From positions 1 to 40,605 of the forward strand of contig JANRLW010000099.1 of assembly GCA_033762295.1 (NCBI GenBank): a stretch of DNA of 40,605 nucleotides, in the 5' to 3' direction. The DNA is from Capsulimonadales bacterium. GTDB lineage: Bacteria; Armatimonadota; Armatimonadia; Armatimonadales; Armatimonadaceae. The notes under the pieces were generated by a model. It did not search any database and was not told where the DNA came from. It saw only the letters and a list, made by a program, of their open reading frames with translations. Positions 27,706-35,858 of this stretch are shown in pieces; the first letter of the stretch is position 1; each line of letters starts with the position of its first letter. The position numbers and the translations under genes were made by a program.

Positions 27706-28635
27706 GTGACTCCCGGCCGTGACGGCGTAATGCCCACCCCGGAAACGGTTCCGCTGGTCGTTCTCACCGGCCTTTCGGGGGCGGGGAAGCAACTGGCGGC
27801 ACGGCACTTCGAGGATATGAAGTGGCGGGTGGTCGATAATCTTTCCCCCGCCCTGGTCTCACTGGCCTTGCGGGAGCGTGAAGCGGACGGGACGGCAAAA
27901 CCGCTCTGTGTGGTGTGCGATGTGCGTTGCGGTCGAATCGGCGAACTGGGGCCGGAACTGGACGCGCTCAAAGGCGTCGGGTTGCAGCCGATTCTGGTGT
28001 TCCTTGAAGCTTCCGATGAGGAGTTGATTCGTCGGTTCAAGGAGACGCGCCGTCCCCATCCGCTGTTCGATCGACACGGGGCGATTCCCGGCGCGATCGA
28101 GGAGGAGCGTCGATTGCTCGATTCCCTCCGCGAGAGAGCTGATCTGATGGTGGATACGACCGGTCTGTCCGCGTTCGACCTGAGAACCCGTCTGCAGGAG
28201 GCGTTACGCGAGGTCGGTGTCGTTTCGTCGCAGCCGCCGATGGCGGTAACCGTGGTTTCGTTCGGATTTAAGTTCGGAGTGCCGCTGGACGTCGACCTCG
28301 TCTTCGATGTTCGGTTTCTTCGCAACCCGCACTACGTTCCGACCCTCCGGCCGCACGATGGACGGAACCCGGAAGTCGAAGCGTACGTCCTTGCCGATGA
28401 ACGTACCTCGTGTTTTCTCGAGCGGCTGTACGATCTGGTCGGATGGAGCCTGCCGCACTACATTTCCGAGGGCAAGGCGTATCTGACGATCGGAATCGGC
28501 TGTACCGGGGGGCGGCACCGGTCCGTCGTCATCTCGGAAAAACTCGGGCGGTTTCTCACCGAACGCGGATATCGGAGCATTGTCCGGCACCGTGACGCCG
28601 ACCGTGAACCGCGGCTCCCGATACGGGCCGAATAA
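27706..28635 (+). CDS. rapZ: RNase adapter RapZ / YvcJ family P-loop protein
   Basis: TGLSGAGK, VDNL, RRFKETRRPHPL, SFGFKFG, FDVRFLRNPHY, IGCTGGRHRSV. Start may be ATG 27730. Confidence 0.95.
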   Translation: MTPGRDGVMPTPETVPLVVLTGLSGAGKQLAARHFEDMKWRVVDNLSPALVSLALREREADGTAKPLCVVCDVRCGRIGELGPELDALKGVGLQPILVFLEASDEELIRRFKETRRPHPLFDRHGAIPGAIEEERRLLDSLRERADLMVDTTGLSAFDLRTRLQEALREVGVVSSQPPMAVTVVSFGFKFGVPLDVDLVFDVRFLRNPHYVPTLRPHDGRNPEVEAYVLADERTSCFLERLYDLVGWSLPHYISEGKAYLTIGIGCTGGRHRSVVISEKLGRFLTERGYRSIVRHRDADREPRLPIRAE

Positions 28636-28646
28636 CGAAGACCGCT

Positions 28647-30032
28647 ATGGCAACCAACCTTCGCCCGATCGCAGATACGCCGCCTACGAATGCCTTTCGG
28701 AGCGGCCTGAAGTGGCTGTATCCCGGAATGCGGGTCAAGCGGTATCTTTTGTTGATACCGATCGGCCTGATTCCGGTGACGATCGGCGTCCTCATGATCA
28801 TTCAACTGGGCGCCGTCGATCTTCTCGATCGCCTGGATCATATCGTCACCACGACGCTGGGGTGGCGATTGGACCGACCTGCCGTCCATATACCGCTGGG
28901 CTTTTCCTTGATCGTTCTCGGCCTGATGCTGATCGTCGGCGCCCTGGTCCTGGTCAACCGGACGGTCGTCAGCGTGATCGCTCCCGAGCATCTCGGCGAA
29001 CTACCCGAAGTGATCCACCGGAAGGTGGCCCTTTCGCAGGGGGCGCGGATCGTCGCTCTGGGAGGCGGCACCGGGCTGTCGACCTTGCTTCGCGGTCTGA
29101 AGAAGTACACATCGAACCTTACCGCCGTCGTCACCATGACGGACGACGGCGGGTCCTCGGGATTGCTCCAGAAACAGCTCGCGGGAGGGATGCTTCCACC
29201 CGGCGATATCCGCAACTGCCTCGTTGCGCTGGCCGATGCGGAACCCCTGATGCAGGATCTCTTTCAATTCCGGTTTTCAACCAAGGAGGAGGGGGACGGG
29301 CTCTCGGGACATTCGTTCGGCAACCTTCTGATTGCGGCCATGTCGGAGGTCACCGGCGATTTTGAAACCGCCGTTGAGGCGACGAGCAACATTCTGGCGA
29401 TTCGAGGCCGGGTTCTTCCCTCAACGACGGACTCGGTGGTCCTGGTGGGGGAGATGGCGGATGGTCGGGAGATCACCGGCGAGACCAACATCGCGCACGA
29501 CGACGCGGCCATCCGGAGGATCACCCTCTGTCCGGCGGACCCGCGTCCCCTGCCGGAGGTCATCGAGGCGATCCGTCAGGCGGAGATTATCGTCATGGGG
29601 CCGGGAAGCGTGTATACGTCGGTGATTCCGAACCTGCTGGTACGCGAAATCGCGCAGGCGGTCGCCGCCTCAAAAGCGCTTCGAGTCTATGTCTGCAACG
29701 TCATGACCCAGCCGGGCGAAACGGACCATTTCTCGGCTTCCGACCATGTTCAGGCGATCGAGGAGCACGCCGCACCGTTTCTGACGCCGAAACAGCGGAT
29801 CTTCGATTACGTTCTGGTTAACACGACCCGGCCCGGCGAAGCCCTGATGGAGCGATATACCCGGTCCGGAGCGGAGTTCGTGACTCCGGACGCGGACATT
29901 ATCGCCGGGAAAGGGTACAAAGCGGTTCGGGGTTCGTTCCTGTCGGAGTCGGCCGTCGTGCGGCACGACCCCGACAAGATTTCCCGGGCCATCCTCCGGT
30001 TGTTCGCCGAACGGCCGTTATTCGGCAAGTGA
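28647..30032 (+). CDS. yvcK: YvcK/GlmR (CofD-like, UDP-GlcNAc-binding) protein with N-terminal TM segments
   Basis: WLYPGMRVKR plus two TMs; GGGTGLSTLLRGLK, DDGGSSG, PPGDIRNCL, GHSFGNL, GPGSVYTSVIPNL, NVMTQPGET, RHDP. Confidence 0.93.
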   Translation: MATNLRPIADTPPTNAFRSGLKWLYPGMRVKRYLLLIPIGLIPVTIGVLMIIQLGAVDLLDRLDHIVTTTLGWRLDRPAVHIPLGFSLIVLGLMLIVGALVLVNRTVVSVIAPEHLGELPEVIHRKVALSQGARIVALGGGTGLSTLLRGLKKYTSNLTAVVTMTDDGGSSGLLQKQLAGGMLPPGDIRNCLVALADAEPLMQDLFQFRFSTKEEGDGLSGHSFGNLLIAAMSEVTGDFETAVEATSNILAIRGRVLPSTTDSVVLVGEMADGREITGETNIAHDDAAIRRITLCPADPRPLPEVIEAIRQAEIIVMGPGSVYTSVIPNLLVREIAQAVAASKALRVYVCNVMTQPGETDHFSASDHVQAIEEHAAPFLTPKQRIFDYVLVNTTRPGEALMERYTRSGAEFVTPDADIIAGKGYKAVRGSFLSESAVVRHDPDKISRAILRLFAERPLFGK

Positions 30033-30044
30033 TCGCGCCTCCGG

Positions 30045-31670
30045 TCAGCGGCGTTTCCGACCGGGGGGCGTCGTTCCGGGAGCGGGCGTGGTGGGGGAGG
30101 GTTCCGGCGCGGCGGGCGTCTCTGCCGTTGTGTCGGGCGTCGTGTCAGGCTTGTCCGTTTTCGGGGTCGCCGCGACCGGCATCGGCGGCGGTGCCGGCTG
30201 ACCAAGTCCGTTGTCCGCCAGGAAATTGTCACGATACTTCATCGCGGCGATGATCTCCTGTTCGAAAGCGGCAAGGTCCGCGATCGTTTTGCAGCCACGA
30301 GCGACCGCGACCCGCTGCGCCACGTCGTTCAGTAATCGGATATTCCCCGTATTGATTTTCCGGTCCAGCAGGCAGGCGAGTCCGGCTTCGGACTTGATGC
30401 AATCGCCGACCTTGCCGGCCAGGATGGTTCCGTCGGCGAGGGTGGCGGTCAACGGGTCGTTGGTCGGCCAGTAGTAGGCTTTCGCGACCTTGATCTGGGC
30501 GATCCGAAACCCGGGACGACGTCCGGCTCGCTGGAAAACTGCGGTCAATCGTTTATCGTCGATGATTTTCAGAACGGCGGCGTTCCCGGTCAGTTCGGCT
30601 CCCGTGGCCGGATCGACGACGGTCAGCGTTCGATCGGGCTGAACGTCGATCCCGAACCGTCGAAAATCCTCCTGGTATTCCCGCGGGCGGTTCGCTTTGA
30701 AGAGAAGCAGAACCTCCGAGAGGTCGTGCTTCCCTTCGGCCAGCGTCACGAACTGGATGAAACCGACCGAGACAAAACCCGTGTCGTAGGTCTGAACGGT
30801 TTCGAACCCACCTTCCAGTTTGGAGACGGCGGCGAAGATTCGCTGTTCCGACGGCGTAAAACCGGCGGCGCGGAACAACTCGTCCCGTTCGGACGGGGTC
30901 ATGTCCTTGAGGCGTGTCCCATAGGAGGCGATTCCGCGGGGGAAACGATAATAGGCGTACCGCTCCCTGAGTTTGACATTATCGATATAGGTAAATACCT
31001 CTTCCGGGTCGTCAAAACGTACCTGATACTGCAAGGGCGTGACGACACTTGCGAACGGGGGCGGGTTACCGCAGACGGTGAGCAGTCCTGCCGGAATCGG
31101 CCCGGGCGCGGGAGGCAGGTCGTTCGTACCGGCGGTCGGTTGGTCCGGTGCCGGTCGTTTGCCGGCGCGGCTGGCAAGCAGGGGACGCGGCGTCGGCGTG
31201 GGTTTGACGACAGCGAAGGCGCGGTTCATGGCGTCGGCGGCCCGCTGCGCAACGGCGCGGTCGTAGGCGAGGCGCGCGGCGACCCAGGTTTCCCACTCGA
31301 CGAACGGTCCGGTGGTCGGTCGGGCGTCCATCGTCGGCGGCAATTTCGCCTTGCCGGCGACGGTGATCTGATAGGTCCGGAACCACTGGGAGCCATCGGC
31401 GGTCAGACGCACGCGGTAGGGTCCGTCCGTAGCCGCATCCGGGGGGGCGGAAAGGATATAGCGACCCGGCGCGTTCCAGTAGGCGACAATCGCCGTGCGT
31501 TCCGTCTCACTGAAAAGCGGTGGGAGCGGAACCGGCGGTGGCGCGGTCGCACCGGTCGTACCGGTCGATGGTGGGGTCTGAGCGCAGGCGGTGCCCGACC
31601 CGGAAAGAGGGACTATGGCAAGCAGGGCAGCCAGGTAATACCGAAGCATACGAGTGTCATCCATCCTCAC
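30045..31670 (-). CDS. Secreted protein with putative lysozyme-superfamily C-terminal domain
   Basis: Signal peptide; Pro/Thr-rich linkers and tail; LEGGFETVQTYDTGFVSVGFIQF and LLDRKINTG resemble lysozyme-fold catalytic Glu, beta-hairpin and D..(V/I)N.G motifs. Start uncertain (31670, 31664 or 31649). Confidence 0.6.
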   Translation of the reverse strand: MRMDDTRMLRYYLAALLAIVPLSGSGTACAQTPPSTGTTGATAPPPVPLPPLFSETERTAIVAYWNAPGRYILSAPPDAATDGPYRVRLTADGSQWFRTYQITVAGKAKLPPTMDARPTTGPFVEWETWVAARLAYDRAVAQRAADAMNRAFAVVKPTPTPRPLLASRAGKRPAPDQPTAGTNDLPPAPGPIPAGLLTVCGNPPPFASVVTPLQYQVRFDDPEEVFTYIDNVKLRERYAYYRFPRGIASYGTRLKDMTPSERDELFRAAGFTPSEQRIFAAVSKLEGGFETVQTYDTGFVSVGFIQFVTLAEGKHDLSEVLLLFKANRPREYQEDFRRFGIDVQPDRTLTVVDPATGAELTGNAAVLKIIDDKRLTAVFQRAGRRPGFRIAQIKVAKAYYWPTNDPLTATLADGTILAGKVGDCIKSEAGLACLLDRKINTGNIRLLNDVAQRVAVARGCKTIADLAAFEQEIIAAMKYRDNFLADNGLGQPAPPPMPVAATPKTDKPDTTPDTTAETPAAPEPSPTTPAPGTTPPGRKRR

Positions 31671-31712
31671 GCGCGTTTCGCGTCACTATGATGATGGCAA
31701 CGTTGCCGTGAA

Positions 31713-31721
31713 ATTATAGCA
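31713..31721 (-). promoter_or_regulatory. Extended -10 promoter for the lysozyme-like gene
   Basis: Minus strand TG-C-TATAAT in the short gap after the namZ stop. Confidence 0.6.
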
Positions 31722-31738
31722 GACGCAAATCATTGACG

Positions 31739-32992
31739 TCACGAATAGAGCAGATACCTTTTCCGATCCGAGACAAACTTTTCTCGACCTTCTTCGAAGA
31801 TCTCCCAGAGTTGACGGGCGTCCGCGCCGGCCAGGAAGGCTTTCCGTACGGCATCGGTGCCGCAGGCCAGATCGAACATTCGGGCGGACTCCGGGAAGAT
31901 CCGTCGGTTTCGGTCCAGTGTTCGGAAGGCATCCGCGAGTTCGAAATTCAGCCGCGTTAACGGGGCGGTATCCGGATCGGTGAGGTAAATCTGGACGCCG
32001 CCGCAGCGCTGCCCCTTGAATGCGCCGTAATAGGGCGACCAGTAGTGGGGGCGAAACGCGAATCCGGGGAGACGCCGCCGTTCCATTTCCCTTGTCAGAG
32101 AAACCGCGCCGATGTCGGGCGCACCGGCCAGCTCGAAGGGCAGAGGATAACCGATGCCGATCGAGACGGTGGGGAGTTCGCCGAGAATGCCGGTCGCGGC
32201 GTAAAAATGGGGTGTCGTCGGCTGCGGTATGTGCGGTGAGGTCGGCACCCAGGGAAGACCCCCGAAGTCCTCCCAGGTGTTCCGCTCACGGGTCAGGTTG
32301 CGACAGGGAAGGACGGTCAGGGAGCAGGTACGTCCGCCGCCGAGCCAGCCCTGCCCGTTGATCATTCGGGCCACCTCGCCGAGGGTCATGCCATGCCGAT
32401 AGGCAAGCGGATATTTGCTGACAAAGGATTCGAAACCGGGTCGGGTCGGGCCTCCTTCGACCCGTTGGAGTCCGACAGGGTTCGGGCGATCGAGAACCAG
32501 GAGCGGAATTCCGTGTTTCGCCGCGCCTTCCATCGCGCTTCCGAGGGTGGATACGTACGTATAGGAACGCGCGCCAATATCCTGGATATCGAAGACCAGG
32601 ATATCGAGGCCCCGGAGCATTTCCGCCGTGGGAGTTTTGGTCGCGCCGTAGAGCGACCAGACGGGGACGCCGGTCTGGGAATCGACGGTGGAAGGAACGT
32701 ATTCGCCGGCGGGAATATCGCCTCGGACGCCGTGTTCGGGACCGAAAAGCGCCGCGAGTTTCACACCGGGCGCGCGATGGAGCGCTTCGATCGTCGAGGT
32801 CAGATCGGGGAGCGCGCCGGTCGGATTCGTGATCAGGCCGACTTTCAAACCGTTCAGCGGACGGAAGCGGTCCTCGGCCAGGACTTCGAGACCGGTGCGG
32901 ACCCGGCTCGACGGCGCCGCCTCGCCCGGCGAAGGAACGAGCGTCAGGGCGGCAGGTGCGAGAGAATGGCGAAGCAGGTTACGACGGGTCAC
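31739..32992 (-). CDS. namZ: Exo-beta-N-acetylmuramidase NamZ (DUF1343, GH171), Tat-exported
   Basis: TRRNLL twin-arginine signal; VGLITNPTG, LFGPEHGVRG, SLYG, FDIQDIGARSYTYVST, VLDRPNP, RHGMTLGE, WVPTSPHIP, RYLLY; GTG start with GAGGAA. Confidence 0.92.
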   Translation of the reverse strand: MTRRNLLRHSLAPAALTLVPSPGEAAPSSRVRTGLEVLAEDRFRPLNGLKVGLITNPTGALPDLTSTIEALHRAPGVKLAALFGPEHGVRGDIPAGEYVPSTVDSQTGVPVWSLYGATKTPTAEMLRGLDILVFDIQDIGARSYTYVSTLGSAMEGAAKHGIPLLVLDRPNPVGLQRVEGGPTRPGFESFVSKYPLAYRHGMTLGEVARMINGQGWLGGGRTCSLTVLPCRNLTRERNTWEDFGGLPWVPTSPHIPQPTTPHFYAATGILGELPTVSIGIGYPLPFELAGAPDIGAVSLTREMERRRLPGFAFRPHYWSPYYGAFKGQRCGGVQIYLTDPDTAPLTRLNFELADAFRTLDRNRRIFPESARMFDLACGTDAVRKAFLAGADARQLWEIFEEGREKFVSDRKRYLLYS

Positions 32993-33353
32993 GATGGTTT
33001 TCCTCGGTGGACGTTCGGTCGGATGGACGCACCGACGTACGGAAATGTTCGGAAATCATGGCAAATCCCTGGGCGCTCATGGCGACCGTCAGAAAGAAAA
33101 ACAGGGCCTCCTCGAGGGGCAGGTGTCCCTGAAGTCGCCAGCCGATGATGCCTTCCTCCCGAATCTGCCAGATGCCCCGGGAGATCGCGAAATGGTCCGC
33201 CAGGCTGAGATAGGTTCCGCAGACCAGAAGAACGGTCACCAGAAGACGGCGTTCGCGCCATAGCGCCTTTCCCGCGACGATCCATTGCAAAATGAGAATC
33301 GGCATCGCCCAGAGGCAGAGGATGATCAGGTAGGAGAGCTTTCCGAACGGCAC
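32979..33353 (-). CDS. Lycopene cyclase domain protein (CrtYd-like subunit)
   Basis: GTG 33353 one nt after the upstream stop, with GGAG; D.FAI..GIW and LPLEEALFF motifs; hydrophobic. Confidence 0.82.
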   Translation of the reverse strand: MPFGKLSYLIILCLWAMPILILQWIVAGKALWRERRLLVTVLLVCGTYLSLADHFAISRGIWQIREEGIIGWRLQGHLPLEEALFFFLTVAMSAQGFAMISEHFRTSVRPSDRTSTEENHRDPS

Positions 33354-33354
33354 G

Positions 33355-33705
33355 CTAACGCTCCGATTCCGGTAGGTCGGCACGGTGGTCCGCCCGCAGC
33401 GCCGGGATTTTCGACAGGGTCACCCAGACGACCGCGACAAAGATCGCCTCGGCAAAATAAAAGAGGTATTCCTCCAGAGGCAGATACCCGAACCAGAACG
33501 GCGGTCCCCAGACGAAATCCTTCCCGAACGACCAGAGGTTCTTATACGCGGCGTAGTTGTCCCAGGGCGTGGTATAGACGAAGGCGAGGAGACAGACCAG
33601 ACCGAGAGCGATGCCGTGATGCCGCCGGAACGAGCGGCGCAGAAAGCCGGCGAGGACGAGCGTCGGCAATACGAGGAAAAGGAGAAGGAACAGGCCGTAA
33701 GTCAT
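33355..33705 (-). CDS. Lycopene cyclase domain protein (CrtYc-like subunit)
   Basis: MTY..FL..F, AFVYTTPWDNY....W, LPLEEYLFY. Confidence 0.85.
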   Translation of the reverse strand: MTYGLFLLLFLVLPTLVLAGFLRRSFRRHHGIALGLVCLLAFVYTTPWDNYAAYKNLWSFGKDFVWGPPFWFGYLPLEEYLFYFAEAIFVAVVWVTLSKIPALRADHRADLPESER

Positions 33706-33752
33706 CGGAGTGGAAGCGTCCGCACCCCGGAGGACGGGGTACGGACGTCAAT

Positions 33753-35063
33753 TTATTCGTAGCGCAGGGCGACGATCGGGTCAAGTTTCGACGCCTTTTG
33801 CGCCGGATAGAAGCCGAAGAAAATCCCGACGCCTGCCGAGAAGGCGAAGGCGAGGAGCATCGGACCGACCGACAGGACGGTGGACGTATCCTGAAGGAAA
33901 ACCGGAAGGGTCAGAGCGATGGTCACCCCGAGAAGGATGCCGACGATCCCGCCAAGGACGGAAAGCGTCACCGCTTCGATCAGGAATTGAAGGAGGATAT
34001 CCCGTCGTTTCGCGCCGATGGCCTTTCGGACGCCGATTTCGCGTGTTCGCTCTGTAACGGAGACGAGCATGATATTCATGATTCCGATACCGCCGACCAG
34101 CAGGGAGACTCCGGCGATTCCGGCGAGCAGAGCAGTGAAGGTGTTTTGCGACTCTTCGGCGAAGGACGCGATTTCGGACTGATTCTTGATGACGATCGTG
34201 GATGGGGCGTCCGGTTTGACCTTGTACCGTTTTCGGAAAAGAGCGTCGATCTGCTCCGCCGCCGCGCCCATCTTCTCCTCCGAGACCGCCTGCGCGGAGA
34301 AGGATCGGATGCGCCCCTGCCAGAAGTTGAACAGGCGTTTCTGCGCCGTGAGGGCGGGGACGGCGACCATTTCGTCGTTATTGTTGTTTCCCGAGTTGCC
34401 TTTGGGCTTGAAGACGCCGATCACATTGACGCCGACACCGTTGATACGGATCATCGTTCCGGTCGGATCGCCTCCCTGGGGGAAAAGGTTTTGATAGACG
34501 TCGTTTCCGAGAATCACCACCTTCGCCCGTTTTTTGTTTTCGTCCGCGGTGAAATTCCGGCCGTAGCGCAGTTCGTAGTTGCGAATATCGACCCAGCTCG
34601 GCCAGACGCCGAAGACGCGGGTATTGGTGTTCTCGGAACCGGCTTTGATCTGGGTATCGGTTTGAATCTCGGGGGAGACGTTGGCGACATCCGGACAGGT
34701 ATCCGGAGTGATCGCTTCGATATCGGTGAGTTTCAGCCGGTTCCACGAGCCGGCGGCACCGCGCACCGCGCCGATCCGCGAGCGTTCCGGCTCGATGAGC
34801 AGGAGGTTCGTTCCCATCGCCTTGATCTGGGAAAGCGTCTTTTCGCGCGCGCCCTGTCCGAGCGAGATCATGGCGATGACCGCCGCCACGCCGATAATGA
34901 TACCGAGCATGGTCAGGGCGGCCCGCATCTTGTTGGCGGCAAGACCCATCAGCGCGACTCGGAGGTTCTCGATGACCGGCATCGAGCCCGCCCCGTTCCG
35001 TGCCTTACCGGACGGAGGATTCGGCTGGTCGTTTTTTCGCGGCAGTGTGGCTTGAATGGACAT
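33753..35063 (-). CDS. MacB/FtsX-type ABC transporter permease
   Basis: ANKMRAALTMLGIIIGVAAVI, periplasmic core, SLLVGGIGIMNIMLVSVTERTREIGVRKAIGA, FGFYPAQKASKLDPIVALRYE; no fused ATPase. Start may be 34982. Confidence 0.93.
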   Translation of the reverse strand: MSIQATLPRKNDQPNPPSGKARNGAGSMPVIENLRVALMGLAANKMRAALTMLGIIIGVAAVIAMISLGQGAREKTLSQIKAMGTNLLLIEPERSRIGAVRGAAGSWNRLKLTDIEAITPDTCPDVANVSPEIQTDTQIKAGSENTNTRVFGVWPSWVDIRNYELRYGRNFTADENKKRAKVVILGNDVYQNLFPQGGDPTGTMIRINGVGVNVIGVFKPKGNSGNNNNDEMVAVPALTAQKRLFNFWQGRIRSFSAQAVSEEKMGAAAEQIDALFRKRYKVKPDAPSTIVIKNQSEIASFAEESQNTFTALLAGIAGVSLLVGGIGIMNIMLVSVTERTREIGVRKAIGAKRRDILLQFLIEAVTLSVLGGIVGILLGVTIALTLPVFLQDTSTVLSVGPMLLAFAFSAGVGIFFGFYPAQKASKLDPIVALRYE

Positions 35064-35212
35064 GATGAACGCCTGGTGGATTCGCTCTTTCGTCGTTGAA
35101 ACCGATATCGAACCAAGATTGAATCGACATCGAACGGTTTTCGGATACTTTCGTTTTACCATATAACATAACGCGGAGGACGATTCGGCGTTCCACGCAT
35201 GAAGTCGGTGCA

Positions 35213-35221
35213 TGGTACAAT
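35213..35221 (+). promoter_or_regulatory. Extended -10 upstream of grpE
   Basis: TG-G-TACAAT; no CIRCE element seen. Confidence 0.5.
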
Positions 35222-35263
35222 CAACCCGTGAGATTTCCTTCCTTCAGGAGACAGACTTCCGGA

Positions 35264-35806
35264 ATGACAACCGAGGAGACGATCGCCCCCGACGATGATT
35301 CCTCCAGCCCCGAAACGAATGACACGGGGACGGACGGAACCGAGATTGCCGCGTTGACGGCGCAACTGGACGAGGCCAACCGAAAAGCGACGGAACTGAA
35401 CGAGGCGCGTTTGCGTGCGCTGGCCGACTACGCCAATTTGAAACGCCGGAGCGAGGAAGAACGCGAAAATCTGCGTCAGTTCGTCGCCGAGGATCTGATA
35501 AAGCGGTTGTTGCCGATCGTGGACAATTTCGAACGCGCGCTGAACGCATCGGAGCAGACCCGCGAATATGAAAAACTGATTGGCGGGGTCCAGGCGGTGT
35601 ATCGTCAGCTTCAGGAATACCTTGCCAGGGAGGGAGTCCAGGCGATCGAGGCCGTCAATCAGCCGTTCGATCCCAATGTCCATAACGCGGTGCTGCGTGA
35701 GGAGGATTCGGACCATCCCGAAAACACGGTCACGGAGGAACTTCAGAAGGGGTACCTGTTGAACGGTCGCGTTCTGCGCCCGACCATGGTCAAAGTGCGC
35801 GTCTGA
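35264..35806 (+). CDS. grpE: Nucleotide exchange factor GrpE
   Basis: LRALADYANLKRR, LLPIVDNFERAL, FDPNVHNAV, LQKGYLLNGRVLRPTMVKV. Alternative start GTG 35228. Confidence 0.97.
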   Translation: MTTEETIAPDDDSSSPETNDTGTDGTEIAALTAQLDEANRKATELNEARLRALADYANLKRRSEEERENLRQFVAEDLIKRLLPIVDNFERALNASEQTREYEKLIGGVQAVYRQLQEYLAREGVQAIEAVNQPFDPNVHNAVLREEDSDHPENTVTEELQKGYLLNGRVLRPTMVKVRV

Positions 35807-35826
35807 TTGAAACGACCGGACCTGTC

Positions 35827-35846
35827 GAGGCGTCGTTCGACGCCTC
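35827..35846. terminator. Hairpin after grpE
   Basis: gaggcgtc-gttc-gacgcctc. Confidence 0.35.
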
Positions 35847-35858
35847 CGAAGCCAGCTT

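Noticed and set aside
27325..31670. Holin-like gene plus lysozyme-like gene read as a prophage lysis cassette
   Set aside because: YvlD/DUF360 is a common chromosomal gene near rapZ/hprK-type loci. The two genes are on opposite strands, the hydrolase has a signal peptide, and no phage genes are present.
35064..35263. Searched for a CIRCE/HrcA operator upstream of grpE
   Set aside because: No TTAGCACTC-N9-GAGTGCTAA or close variant found; the region holds only AT-richer divergent promoter-like sequence.
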